DNA of 45,885 nt from Candidatus Woesearchaeota archaeon (GCA_016180285.1 JACPBO010000021.1:1-45885), one strand, 5' to 3'. Positions 8,684 through 18,521 are shown, counted from the stretch's first letter. A program made the numbers and translations. The notes: a model not told the origin generated them from the letters alone.

Positions 8684-11600
8684 TTAGCTTTGCCTAGCTG
8701 ACCTCTTCAGCCATTCATTCCAGTCAAAAAATATTCTTTTCGAATCCAAGAATCCAACTTCTTCTTTTACGGCATCGGATATTTTATGAAATTCATCATT
8801 TGCTAAAACAACAAACTTTGCTTCAAGCAAATCAGGCATTTTTGACTTATCAGCTGCATCAACTATTGCCTCTTTTATTTTAGCCCTTAGCAGTATGTTG
8901 TCCCACACAGCATCCCAGTTGCCTGCCCATTCCTTGACATTGCCTGCTATTGCTTTTAATATATCAGAATCTCCGTTTACCAAATCCTTGCTTGCTTCCA
9001 AGCTGTCTGTTTTTGAGTTGTACTTCATTAAATCTACAAAGCCGCCTTCAGCCAGAGGATCATCTTCCCAGAATTTCCTTACTTCAGTTATTTGTGTAAC
9101 TCTCCTCCATCTGTGCAGCCCGTCTGCCGATCTTATTGGATTTGCAACAACTATAATATCGGTTGCCTTGAAGCTTGTTCTTGGCACTCCTAAATCATTG
9201 ACAACCCTGTCAAATACGCCGTAAGGAGAATCGCCATGTATTGTTCCTGCAACAACATTTGCCAATGCACCCACCCTCATTGCCTCATAGAGTGATTTTG
9301 CTTCCATCGAACGAACTTCTCCGACAACTAATGCAGAATCCCCTAATCTAAGCGTTGACCTTATTCCTTCATCCGCAGAAACTTCAGTTGTTCCTTTAGT
9401 TAAAGCGCTCGCAACTTTCATTGACTGGATGTTATAGCCTAAATCTCTGAGAGCAGATACTGGCAATTCTAAAGTGTTATGGGCAACCATATTCTCGCAA
9501 ACAAAGCTCTCGCATTCTGGTACAGAAATGTCGTACACAAAATCTTCAAAATCTTGGAGTACATCTATTGCCTTAACTTCATCCCAGAATATGTCTGAAG
9601 TCGCAAGATTTGTTAGATTGGCTTTTAGTTTGCTCTCTTGCATTAATTCAACAATTTGAGCAAGCTTGGTTTTGCCAATATTGTTATCTCTCTTTATATA
9701 ATCGTGATAATTTAGTTGTTTATATTCCGTCCAAAGCGACCTTTTAGCTTCTAAACTAAGAGGCACAATATCAGAACTGTCGTGAGTGCTGAGTTTAGAG
9801 CATAATTTTCTTAGCTTTGCTATTTTATATTCTTGCAAAAAGCCTATATTTTCATAAAACTTAATGAAATCTTTCAATGTGCTGATTGCCGCATTATAAG
9901 TGCCATCTTTTCTAATAGTTCCAATCCTAAGATTGATGCCAAAGACAGAAAGCAAGAATTGCAGATCTTTTAAAAGATTCATGGACGAAAGCGGGATAAC
10001 GAGTTCCTTATCTGAAGCACAACCATCCCCTGAAAAAATTCCCTTTAAAACAAAGGCTATTTGCTCTTTCGAAAGACTATAAACCCATTCGGGGATTCTT
10101 TTTGTGTATGCATCGCCTTCTAAACTTAGGCATTCCTTCATCAATACCTTTAATGGCTTTGAATTCATCATGTAAGAACTCCCATCAGAATGCAGCTTTC
10201 TTTTAATGCCAAACATTTGCGCTGTGTCATCAAACACTTTTCTATCTCCTGCATCATTGCATGATACTATTACTGAATTTCTATCATAGCATCCATCAGC
10301 TATCCAAAGGCCGATAAAAGTTAGAAATTCTTCCGTAAGCTCAATGTTTGTTGGAAGTTTCGTAATACTGTTATTATAGGAGAAATATGCTTCGCTTCCT
10401 GCTTTTAACCCTAAGGCAATTAAAGAGGATAATATTGTTTGAGGTAAAAATCCTTTCTTAAGCCAGTTTTTAATTGCTGATTTTCCATATCCTGCTTCTT
10501 TTCCAAGATGCTTAATCTCTTTTTCATATTCTAATATTGCCTTTTTAATGGATTCGCCGCAGAAAAAGGATTTTGGAATTTTGACTAATTGCTCAAGCAA
10601 ATCAAACTTTTGAATTAATTTATTATTGATGTTAATAACCCTTGGCACAGCTATATGGCTTCCTACTTTGAGGTCGTTCGCCTTAACATCTGTTATGTTT
10701 GCTTTATCATCAAGCCCAAAAAGCGAGTGATCGCCCGTTACCTTTATAGTCCTTCCAGTTCTCGTGGTTATTTTATAGACTGGTTTCTTTACTTTATGGC
10801 GAATGAATTTGCTTGCATTTGCAAGCTTTATCCTTCCTTGTTTATCCATTGCAAAAACTTTTATATTTTCCGGATTCCCTGTAACTTCATGTTCAGTCAA
10901 GCTATACCATGCGCCATACTTATTAAACAAATCATCAATTAATGCCCCCATAGTTGTTCTTTCTACCCTTCCATTTCTATAAATGCATAAACTGGAGTCG
11001 CTTGTAACACTATCTTCTATGGTTATTATTCTATATTTCCTCATTATGTCAACCATTACTGCCCCCAGCAATGATGTTTTTCCTGCTGATCTTGTTCCTG
11101 CAACAAGCATTGTTCTCGATCCATCTATAATGAAACTGAGAATTCCGGCTGCAAGCGGATTCATCATTCCATTCTTTATGAACAATGGCAAAGTCCAGGG
11201 CTTATCCCTGTGCCTCCTGAATGCATATGCCAGTCCAGTCGGATTAAGGGGAGATGAAATAACACCCACTCTTGCCCTTGCTCCGGGTATGTGAATTTCT
11301 GTATCAAGAATGGGATTTGCTTCATCCAATGGCCTTCCGGAAAGCAGCCTTAACTTTGATGCCCACGACTCAGCTTCTGTGCTTGTCGGAATGATGTTGG
11401 TCATGCAGTCCCCAAAATCCTGGTGCACAATAAACATTGGAGTCTTGCCCATTGGGCTGTTGATTGTAACATCCTGCACTTTTTCATCTTTCAATAAAAC
11501 TTCAATAAGCCCGAATCCAATTGTATATCTGACCAAAATGCTTGCCAGTTCGCTGACCTCCTTTTCCCTTAGCTTCATATTTTTGTAAGATGCCAGTTCC

Positions 11601-12481
11601 TCTATCAAATCCCTCCCTACATTGAAGAAAACATCTCTCATTCTTTCTGGATCTGTAAACTCTGCCTTTGTCGGCTTATGCTCAGCCATTATCTTTCTTG
11701 CAGCATCCAATACGTCATACTTTTCCTCGCTTAGCTTGAATTCAGGCGGAGTCATATGATAGAGATATTGCACAGTGTTAGGAACCCCGAATATCATGAC
11801 TTCGGTGCCTTCAACATCGTAATTATCCAGCTCTTCTCCATTTTCAGGATAAGCAGCCATTAATTTGGTAAACATAAAATCCGGCTTTATGATCGGGTTG
11901 AATATCTTTCTGTAAACAGCCCTGTCCCCGCTTTTGTATCCTGCAAGATAAGGCTGCGCAAGTGTAATCATTTTCGTTTTGCTTAAAAGCTTCAGCACAT
12001 AATTCAATATTGAAAGGTATTTTTTAGAGCACGGAACATAACGCTCATCAATGGTTTTCTCCAGGATTATTTTTTCATGCCGGATTAATCGCTTAATTTC
12101 AATATATGCGTCTATCGGGTCAGACTTCAGCATTTTAAAAACAATATTCTGCGTATCAGCATACCATTTGTCCGCATAAGCCCTGCAGTAAGGGTCTGCT
12201 GCGAGATTTTCATAGCCAAAAACATCGCGCTGCTTCGTCATATGCTTGTAAAGCCTTGCTATTTCTGCCAACAGCTGAGTTTGCGCGTAATCATACTCAT
12301 AATCCCTTTTCTGCGAGAACACTATCTTCGTGATATTGCCTATCTCAGTCAGTACATCTACTGCGCGGGACATGCATGCAGAGGAATCCTCCAGAGAAGG
12401 GGCGAAATCCCAGTTCTCGGCGTTGAATTTAAGCACAGTATCTTCGCCTTCCCTCAATACATCATAGTCTTCTTCCGGCAT
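8684..12481 (-). CDS. Type II/IV secretion (VirB11/TadA/CpaF-like) ATPase containing an intein
   Basis: Walker A AGTRSAGKTS, Asp box ITIED|TLEL split by the intein, Walker B LVVGEVR, His box GTIHG. About 753 aa after splicing. Confidence 0.93.
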   Translation of the reverse strand: MPEEDYDVLREGEDTVLKFNAENWDFAPSLEDSSACMSRAVDVLTEIGNITKIVFSQKRDYEYDYAQTQLLAEIARLYKHMTKQRDVFGYENLAADPYCRAYADKWYADTQNIVFKMLKSDPIDAYIEIKRLIRHEKIILEKTIDERYVPCSKKYLSILNYVLKLLSKTKMITLAQPYLAGYKSGDRAVYRKIFNPIIKPDFMFTKLMAAYPENGEELDNYDVEGTEVMIFGVPNTVQYLYHMTPPEFKLSEEKYDVLDAARKIMAEHKPTKAEFTDPERMRDVFFNVGRDLIEELASYKNMKLREKEVSELASILVRYTIGFGLIEVLLKDEKVQDVTINSPMGKTPMFIVHQDFGDCMTNIIPTSTEAESWASKLRLLSGRPLDEANPILDTEIHIPGARARVGVISSPLNPTGLAYAFRRHRDKPWTLPLFIKNGMMNPLAAGILSFIIDGSRTMLVAGTRSAGKTSLLGAVMVDIMRKYRIITIEDSVTSDSSLCIYRNGRVERTTMGALIDDLFNKYGAWYSLTEHEVTGNPENIKVFAMDKQGRIKLANASKFIRHKVKKPVYKITTRTGRTIKVTGDHSLFGLDDKANITDVKANDLKVGSHIAVPRVININNKLIQKFDLLEQLVKIPKSFFCGESIKKAILEYEKEIKHLGKEAGYGKSAIKNWLKKGFLPQTILSSLIALGLKAGSEAYFSYNNSITKLPTNIELTEEFLTFIGLWIADGCYDRNSVIVSCNDAGDRKVFDDTAQMFGIKRKLHSDGSSYMMNSKPLKVLMKECLSLEGDAYTKRIPEWVYSLSKEQIAFVLKGIFSGDGCASDKELVIPLSSMNLLKDLQFLLSVFGINLRIGTIRKDGTYNAAISTLKDFIKFYENIGFLQEYKIAKLRKLCSKLSTHDSSDIVPLSLEAKRSLWTEYKQLNYHDYIKRDNNIGKTKLAQIVELMQESKLKANLTNLATSDIFWDEVKAIDVLQDFEDFVYDISVPECESFVCENMVAHNTLELPVSALRDLGYNIQSMKVASALTKGTTEVSADEGIRSTLRLGDSALVVGEVRSMEAKSLYEAMRVGALANVVAGTIHGDSPYGVFDRVVNDLGVPRTSFKATDIIVVANPIRSADGLHRWRRVTQITEVRKFWEDDPLAEGGFVDLMKYNSKTDSLEASKDLVNGDSDILKAIAGNVKEWAGNWDAVWDNILLRAKIKEAIVDAADKSKMPDLLEAKFVVLANDEFHKISDAVKEEVGFLDSKRIFFDWNEWLKRSARQS
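9476..11011 (-). mobile_element. Intein (512 aa) with LAGLIDADG homing endonuclease
   Basis: Starts at Ser (SVTSDS), block B VTGDHSLF, LAGLIDADG motifs FIGLWIADG and LKGIFSGDG, block F VYDISV, ends VAHN followed by Thr+1. Confidence 0.95.
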
Positions 12482-12491
12482 GCCTTCCTCT

Positions 12492-12635
12492 TTATTTTTC
12501 CTTCTTATTTTTTAATAACTCAAGAGCAATCTCAATCAGATGCGACTTATTCCTGTATTTTGTCCTGTCTTTTAATTCAGAATCAATCCATTCGATCAGG
12601 TCTTCCTCAATTGTCGCGCTTATTGGCTTTTTCAT
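12492..12635 (-). CDS. Ribbon-helix-helix (CopG/NikR-like) DNA-binding protein, 47 aa, not in the ORF track
   Basis: MKKPISATIEEDLIEWIDSELKDRTKYRNKSHLIEIALELLKNKKEK fits the RHH strand-helix-(N.S..I..A)-helix pattern; ends 10 nt before the ATPase start. Confidence 0.82.
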   Translation of the reverse strand: MKKPISATIEEDLIEWIDSELKDRTKYRNKSHLIEIALELLKNKKEK

Positions 12636-12783
12636 GGCATTTCACAGCATTATCTTGCAGGGCGCATAATGCACATATATTATAAAATATATTTTACATT
12701 ATTTTATTTATTTTATAACATACTTGAAAGAAAGAGTATTTAAGGGTTGCGGTTTTTTGAGATTTTCTAAGAAGATGGTTAAA

Positions 12784-12899
12784 TGCACCGGCCGGGATTT
12801 GAACCCGAATAAACGGCTCTCTTCTCATAAATGGAAGGCCGTTGTCATTTAATGCAACTGTTACAAGCGTAACCAGTTATGCCATTAGACCACCGGTGC
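12784..12899 (-). tRNA. trnG: tRNA-Gly(TCC) with two introns: D-loop 20/21 (32 nt, 12849-12880) and canonical 37/38 (13 nt, 12819-12831)
   Basis: Acceptor GCACCGG/CCGGTGC, anticodon arm ACGGC-CTTCCAA-GCCGT after splicing, T loop TTCAAAT. BHB helices AATG/CATT and CTTC/GAAG with 3-nt bulges; mature length 71 nt. Confidence 0.93.
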
Positions 12900-12993
12900 A
12901 CAGCTTGTAAAGATTATCCTCATTTTATAAAACTTTTCATATTGGCGCAAAAAAAACAAAATCTTTTTATACTTCCTTATCTAAAACACCCTC

Positions 12994-13194
12994 ATGGCGG
13001 AAAGAGATATAAGATCCCTTCAAAGGGAAAGAAGAAGGCTTGGCAGAACAATAAGGTCGCTTAAAAGAGAGAATATATCGAAAAGGGATGAAGCTGTAAG
13101 GGGCAAAAAAAGAGGCGGCTTTGGATTTGTCCTGCTGCTCATGCTGATCGCAGTCCTTATTTTATGGTATTGGTTCTTTTATTTGAAAAAGTGA
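12994..13194 (+). CDS. Small basic protein with a C-terminal TM helix
   Basis: Arg/Lys-rich N-terminus and FGFVLLLMLIAVLILWYWFFYL anchor; TTTTATA about 25 nt upstream. Confidence 0.65.
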   Translation: MAERDIRSLQRERRRLGRTIRSLKRENISKRDEAVRGKKRGGFGFVLLLMLIAVLILWYWFFYLKK

Positions 13195-13290
13195 TTGCAG
13201 GCGCAGGATTAATTTTGATTAGCGGAATATTCAAAACATAAGAAAACTTTATATATCCTGCTCACAATTGTATATTTGGGTTTAAAGAAC

Positions 13291-14007
13291 ATGGCAATTG
13301 ATGAAAGATTATTAGCTGAGTTTATTCCTTCTGAAGAAAAATTAACGGAATTAGAGACGCAACCCGGTTTTCCCCTTCCTATCGACACAACAATTATACT
13401 TGTGGGTGAAAGTTGGCCGTTTTTAAAAAAACTAATAAGGCAATCTTATAATATCATAAAAGATGTTTTTGAAGGAACTTCTTTGGAATATAAGCTAAGC
13501 CTTTATAAGGAATCTATGCCTGCTGAAGAAGAAGCAGCTATGGATTTTTTAAAGAGAAATCGTCAAAAATTTGGAATAAAGGGAGATTACGACGATTTGA
13601 TGGGGGGAATAACTAATGCGCCTTTTATAATGAAAGAAGGCAGAAAAATAACATTGGAATCAATAAATAGATTTTCGGCAAGGATGTATACCGGAGAAAA
13701 GCCAACTATGATAGATAGTTATAATAAAAAAGAAGTTGGTTTTGAAAAAGAAAAAATCAAGAGGTATGATGACCGTACAAGAAAAGTTTTTTTGCAAGAA
13801 AAATATGAAATTGAGTTTGAAGTGGGCTTTAAGCAGGATGGTGATGGAAAAAAACTATGGTTCTATTCATTTGGCTATAGAACCACGGAGTTCAGTCAAT
13901 TATATGAAAAGCTCTATAAGTCAATCGTCAGATCTGAAGATTTGCTATGCTTCAAGAAAGATAGGGTAGAGCATGAAAAATTTGGGATTATTAGATTTTT
14001 AACTTAA
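13291..14007 (+). CDS. Hypothetical protein
   Basis: Long ORF with upstream GAAAACTTTATATA promoter-like sequence; no recognised motif. Confidence 0.7.
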   Translation: MAIDERLLAEFIPSEEKLTELETQPGFPLPIDTTIILVGESWPFLKKLIRQSYNIIKDVFEGTSLEYKLSLYKESMPAEEEAAMDFLKRNRQKFGIKGDYDDLMGGITNAPFIMKEGRKITLESINRFSARMYTGEKPTMIDSYNKKEVGFEKEKIKRYDDRTRKVFLQEKYEIEFEVGFKQDGDGKKLWFYSFGYRTTEFSQLYEKLYKSIVRSEDLLCFKKDRVEHEKFGIIRFLT

Positions 14008-14008
14008 T

Positions 14009-15019
14009 TTATCTTAAGCATCTTTCAAAGTTCTCCATAAACCTTTCAAAATCCTTTTTCTTTATGTTTGCTCCGCACGCCATCTCATGCCCGCCGCCAT
14101 AGCCCTCTATCCCGACAAGCGCCTTTTGAAGAACATCTCTCACATTTATTTTTGATGCCCTGAAGCTCAGCTTGACCTCATCAAACCTCTCCCGCCCTAT
14201 AACTATGATTTTATCAGGATATTTGTGAAGGAAATAATTTGACAGCTCTTTTGTAAAGCTGATCTTGACATCTTTGTATATATACATGAAAGTCTTGCCT
14301 TCGGTTTTTGTTTTTAAGGCCTCTTTCAGCAGTGATTCATACTCCTTGTTTATCTTCTCATATTGCTGATAGATGAATTTTCCCTGCGGCGTAGTCTGGT
14401 CTAAGATCTCATAAGGCTCGTTTATTCTCGTCAATATCTTTATGCATTTATTGGCAGTATCTGTGTCGCCCTTAACAACAAAAGAAAAGATTTTCATCAG
14501 CTCTCCAAGCCTTGTTTCAAACATCATCTTTTCAGGGTCTTTTATATTCTCAGGCAATAAATCAGGGTATTTTTTAGAAAATTCTTCAGCATATTCAGGA
14601 TAGAACCAGTCTGCTGCTGCCCCTAATGTTGCAAGCCACAGATCGCCGCCTGCAACTTTATAACAAATATATGTCACTGGAACATTCTTACCCTCAAGCC
14701 TTGGGTTAAAATAAAGGATTTTTTTCTTTTCCAAAAGTTCATGATGGTCTATCATAACTATCTTTGTCTTTACAGCATCAATGAATTCGTCATCAATCAT
14801 CGCAATATCCAGCACAAAGATCTTATCCGGCTGGTATTCCTCAGCTTTTCTTATGAACTTGCTGTCAATCCTGGGTGTGGCTTTGACAATAATGCCTTTC
14901 CCTTCCTTTATAAACTTATAAAACAGCAGAAATGAGCATACGCCGTCTGCATCATCATGAAAGAAAAACAGCGGCTTAGTGCAGGTTTCAAGCTCTTCTC
15001 TGATCTTATTGTAATCCAT
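14009..15019 (-). CDS. DHH family phosphoesterase (RecJ/NrnA-like) with DHHA1 domain
   Basis: HDDADG, LDIA, IDHH and GGGH motifs. Confidence 0.92.
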   Translation of the reverse strand: MDYNKIREELETCTKPLFFFHDDADGVCSFLLFYKFIKEGKGIIVKATPRIDSKFIRKAEEYQPDKIFVLDIAMIDDEFIDAVKTKIVMIDHHELLEKKKILYFNPRLEGKNVPVTYICYKVAGGDLWLATLGAAADWFYPEYAEEFSKKYPDLLPENIKDPEKMMFETRLGELMKIFSFVVKGDTDTANKCIKILTRINEPYEILDQTTPQGKFIYQQYEKINKEYESLLKEALKTKTEGKTFMYIYKDVKISFTKELSNYFLHKYPDKIIVIGRERFDEVKLSFRASKINVRDVLQKALVGIEGYGGGHEMACGANIKKKDFERFMENFERCLR

Positions 15020-15115
15020 AGCATCATGGAATAGAGGGTTTATTTAAATATTTACCTTGTTCCACTGGACATCTCTGCTGCTTAACTTTATAAACCCCAA
15101 AAGCATTCTCTCCTT

Positions 15116-16369
15116 ATGAACATCCCGTGCATCAAGTGCAAAGGAGCTGATCCTCTAAATGCCTGCGGAAGGTCATTCTGCCCAATAATAGCCAAGTCTG
15201 AAGCAATGTTTAAGGTAAAGGAAACAATAGCCACAGACAGCTTTTTCGGCAGCTCTCCAGCGCCTTTTGTAGGCAGAGTAGGCTATCCTTTTGTCAATAT
15301 CGGGGTATTAAGCCCGCCTGAGCAGAGAGAGGATGCGTGGCTTTTCGACGCCCCGAGATACTGGGCAAATGAAAACTTCAACATTCCTGAAATAATAGAT
15401 TTCCGCTCTGCTTTGATCAACTCAAGGTTTACAGCAAATGTAAAAGACAGAAGCAAATTACTTGAAATAAGCCGCGAAGTTGGAATGGCTTCTAAGCCAG
15501 TTGACATTGAAGTCAAGCTTAAAGATAAGCCAAGGTTCAGATTAAACACAGACCCTTATGTTGCGCCAATGGGCCCAAATGCTGCACTGAAGAAGCTTGA
15601 AATTACAGAAAACCCGAAGATTGACTTTAAAGTTGAAAAAGTCGTAGCTGACTCTGACCTAAAGGCAGGCGATGCCTTGATTTACCTTTACAGGCATGAT
15701 TTTGATGAGAATTTTTTAAGCAAATTGCTGAGCGTTGGAACTCTAGGATTAAAAACGGACAGGAAATTGGTGCCGACTAGATGGTCAATAACAGCAACAG
15801 ACGATAATATCGGAAAATTCTTAATAAATAAAATAAAAGCATACAATCGGGCGGATTATTGCGCATATTTCGGAGGTTATCTTGGTAATTATTATCTCAT
15901 ACTTTTATTTCCAGAAGTATGGAGTTATGAATTGTTTGAAACTTATCTGCCAAGGGCATCATGGAACATAAATAGCAATGAAATATCTTATATGACTGAT
16001 TTTGAAACATATAATGGAAGAAAGAATTATGCCGAGAACACGTCAGGAGGATATTATGCAGCAAGGATTGGAATATTGGAAAGACTGCATAACCTAAAAA
16101 GACAGGCAAGTGTTCTCTGCCTTAGATTTATTACAGGCGAATATGCTGTTCCGCTTGGTGTGTGGGTTTGTCGCGAGAGTGTAAGGAAGGCAATGCATGC
16201 AAAGCCGATTAATTTTGCATCCAAGGAATTAATGCTGAAATATGCCGAATCTCTTGTAGAGAAGAAATTCGGATATGATCTGAAGAATATTCTGAAAAAC
16301 AGCATTTTACTGGGAAACTTAAAGAAACAAACTAAATTAAACATGTTCATAACTGCACAACATTTATAA
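15116..16369 (+). CDS. nreA: Nre family archaeal DNA repair protein
   Basis: CIKCKG...CGRSFCP zinc finger, FVGRVGYP, LVPTRWSITATD, PLGVWVCRE, C-terminal PIP-like QTKLNMF. Confidence 0.9.
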   Translation: MNIPCIKCKGADPLNACGRSFCPIIAKSEAMFKVKETIATDSFFGSSPAPFVGRVGYPFVNIGVLSPPEQREDAWLFDAPRYWANENFNIPEIIDFRSALINSRFTANVKDRSKLLEISREVGMASKPVDIEVKLKDKPRFRLNTDPYVAPMGPNAALKKLEITENPKIDFKVEKVVADSDLKAGDALIYLYRHDFDENFLSKLLSVGTLGLKTDRKLVPTRWSITATDDNIGKFLINKIKAYNRADYCAYFGGYLGNYYLILLFPEVWSYELFETYLPRASWNINSNEISYMTDFETYNGRKNYAENTSGGYYAARIGILERLHNLKRQASVLCLRFITGEYAVPLGVWVCRESVRKAMHAKPINFASKELMLKYAESLVEKKFGYDLKNILKNSILLGNLKKQTKLNMFITAQHL

Positions 16370-16391
16370 AAACATCAGAATTATTCTCCTT

Positions 16392-17594
16392 ATGGCAGCT
16401 TTAACATTTGAAAACCTTGAATTCCTTGAAAAAGAAAACGAAATAGTTGTTAATTTCATGAAATATTTTTATTTTAAGATTGAAAAAGAAGAGCTTGAAA
16501 GAATAGCCGATTTTAAGATAAGCAAAAACAGCATTTATTTTGAAAATATATCAGAGAAATCCGCATCAAACAAATTCAATATTCTCCTTTCAAAAAAAAT
16601 AACAGGCTTAAAAAGCAAAATATCAGGAAACAGAACAATCTACATCCATAAAAACTCAGGCATTCCTTTGATTGGCTCAAACAGCTTCGGCCTGGTTGAC
16701 CGCGGAACATCATTAATAGAAATTAAGCCAATTACAGGCTGCAACTTGGGCTGCATATTCTGCAGCGTAAATGAAGGCATAGGCACGAACAAGGCTGTTG
16801 ATTTTGTCGTAGAGAAAGACTACATTGTTGAGGAATTCAGGAAATTGGCTGCCTTCAAGGGCATCGGAGATATTGAAGCCCATATAAATGCGCAGGGCGA
16901 GCCATTGCTTTATTCCAATCTTGCAGATTTAATCAAGGATTTAAGAAAAATAAAAGAAGTCGGCGTTATTTCAATAGACACAAATGGTGTTTTATTGAAT
17001 AAAAAGTTGGTAGATGAATTAGCGGATGCTGGATTAACCAGATTTAATCTTTCCCTCGTGGCATTAGATAAGGAACTGGCAAAAAAGCTTGCAGGAACCA
17101 TTTATGATGTTGAAAAAATAAAGGAAATCGCCCGCTACATAGCTAAGAAATCAAGTTTGCTCATTGCTCCTGTTTTAGTGCCAGGCATAAATGACGATGA
17201 GATTGCAAAATTAATAGGATTCTGCAAGGAAATAAATTCAAAAATAGGCCTGCAGAACTTCCTTAATTATCGGTATGGAAGAAATCCTGTAAAAGCAATT
17301 CCAATGGATATTTTCAGAAAAAAACTGATGGAGTTGGAGTCAGAATACAGCATAAGGCTTCTTTTAACCAAAGATGACTTTAACATAAGGGAAACAAAAA
17401 AGCTTCCAAAGCCGTTTAAAAAAGGCCAGATAATAAAAGCAAAAATAATGTGCGAAAGCAGGCGGAAGAGCGAAAAGATCGCTGTTGCAGATGAAAGGTG
17501 CATTACAGTTCCAAACTGCAGCCAGGAGAGCGGCATTGTAAAGCTGAGGATAACAAGAGACAAGGACAATGTGTTCTATGGTGAACAAGTTTAA
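16392..17594 (+). CDS. Radical SAM protein with C-terminal TRAM-like domain
   Basis: CNLGCIFC cluster motif, QGEPLLY, DTNG; basic C-terminal beta domain. Confidence 0.88.
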   Translation: MAALTFENLEFLEKENEIVVNFMKYFYFKIEKEELERIADFKISKNSIYFENISEKSASNKFNILLSKKITGLKSKISGNRTIYIHKNSGIPLIGSNSFGLVDRGTSLIEIKPITGCNLGCIFCSVNEGIGTNKAVDFVVEKDYIVEEFRKLAAFKGIGDIEAHINAQGEPLLYSNLADLIKDLRKIKEVGVISIDTNGVLLNKKLVDELADAGLTRFNLSLVALDKELAKKLAGTIYDVEKIKEIARYIAKKSSLLIAPVLVPGINDDEIAKLIGFCKEINSKIGLQNFLNYRYGRNPVKAIPMDIFRKKLMELESEYSIRLLLTKDDFNIRETKKLPKPFKKGQIIKAKIMCESRRKSEKIAVADERCITVPNCSQESGIVKLRITRDKDNVFYGEQV

Positions 17595-17694
17595 CACAAC
17601 ATAGTAGTGAAAAACAAAAGATTTTTAAATAAAGCCATAAATCTGCTTCTATTGGGATTTTTTCTATTTGAAGAAATTCTGGGGTTTTTGAAAA

Positions 17695-18420
17695 ATGAAA
17701 ACAATACATGAAGAATATATAAGATTGACTGGCGAAGAGAATGTTCCAAAAGTGATGGTTTTGGATAGTCCAGCTCATAAGGAAGCGATGGATGCTCACG
17801 TAGAAGAGCATTTTGATATTTCCGTTCCTATAACAAATGGCACAATAGAAGAATTTCTGGACATACACAAAACTACAGAAGGACTGGAATGCGAGGTTTT
17901 GGTGAGAGATAATAAAAAGGGCATTTACTTTGAATTAAAAGGCATTAACGATAGCGAGGTTCGGGAAGCATTAAGAGTCCTTCCTATTGGCGGTGAAATG
18001 CATTTACATTTAATGGGAAAAGATAGAAAGGAATTGGCAAGACAGTTAACAGCTTACGTTGCTACAAGAACAGCAGAGCCAATCAAAAAAATATATGAAA
18101 TAGGGGAAAAATACAGGCAAGATGGACATCAATATGTAAATATAATGATCAAAAATGAACATGGTTTGCATATCAGGCCAGCAGCATTATTTGCTGCAGA
18201 AGCTAATAAGTACAAAGCAGATATTTATGCAATCAAAGACGAAAACGAAGTATCTGCAAAAAGCATTATGGGAATAATGACGCTTGCTGCAGAGAAGGGA
18301 TCGATAATCACGCTTAAAGCAAAAGGGGAAAATGCTGAAAAAGCTTTAGATGGGCTATATGAGTTATGCAATAATGGGTTTTGCGAATACAAAACTAAAA
18401 CAGGAACATCTTTATTGTAA
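17695..18420 (+). CDS. Fusion of an unknown N-terminal domain with a C-terminal HPr phosphocarrier domain
   Basis: NEHGLHIRPAA (His15 motif) and VSAKSIMGIMTL (Ser46 motif) in the last ~95 aa. Confidence 0.88.
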   Translation: MKTIHEEYIRLTGEENVPKVMVLDSPAHKEAMDAHVEEHFDISVPITNGTIEEFLDIHKTTEGLECEVLVRDNKKGIYFELKGINDSEVREALRVLPIGGEMHLHLMGKDRKELARQLTAYVATRTAEPIKKIYEIGEKYRQDGHQYVNIMIKNEHGLHIRPAALFAAEANKYKADIYAIKDENEVSAKSIMGIMTLAAEKGSIITLKAKGENAEKALDGLYELCNNGFCEYKTKTGTSLL

Positions 18421-18447
18421 AAAATCTGCATAGAATAATAGTTTTTT

Positions 18448-18521
18448 TCAAGTTCTCATCAAAAATTAAAAGAAAAAAGGTAAAACCTTTTTATTGCGCA
18501 GCTGCTACAGTTACTTGCTCC
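18448..18521. repeat. Displaced duplicate of the S-layer gene 3' end and downstream T-tract (native copy 19409-19523)
   Basis: TCAAG(T/G)CTCATCAAAAATTAAAAG...AAAAAAGGTAAAACCTTTTTATTGCGCAGCTGCTACAGTTA is present at both loci. Confidence 0.92.

Noticed and set aside
12879..13064. ORFs overlapping tRNA genes (also 6203-6451 and 22143-22328)
   Set aside because: They coincide with well-formed tRNA genes and have no protein-like features.
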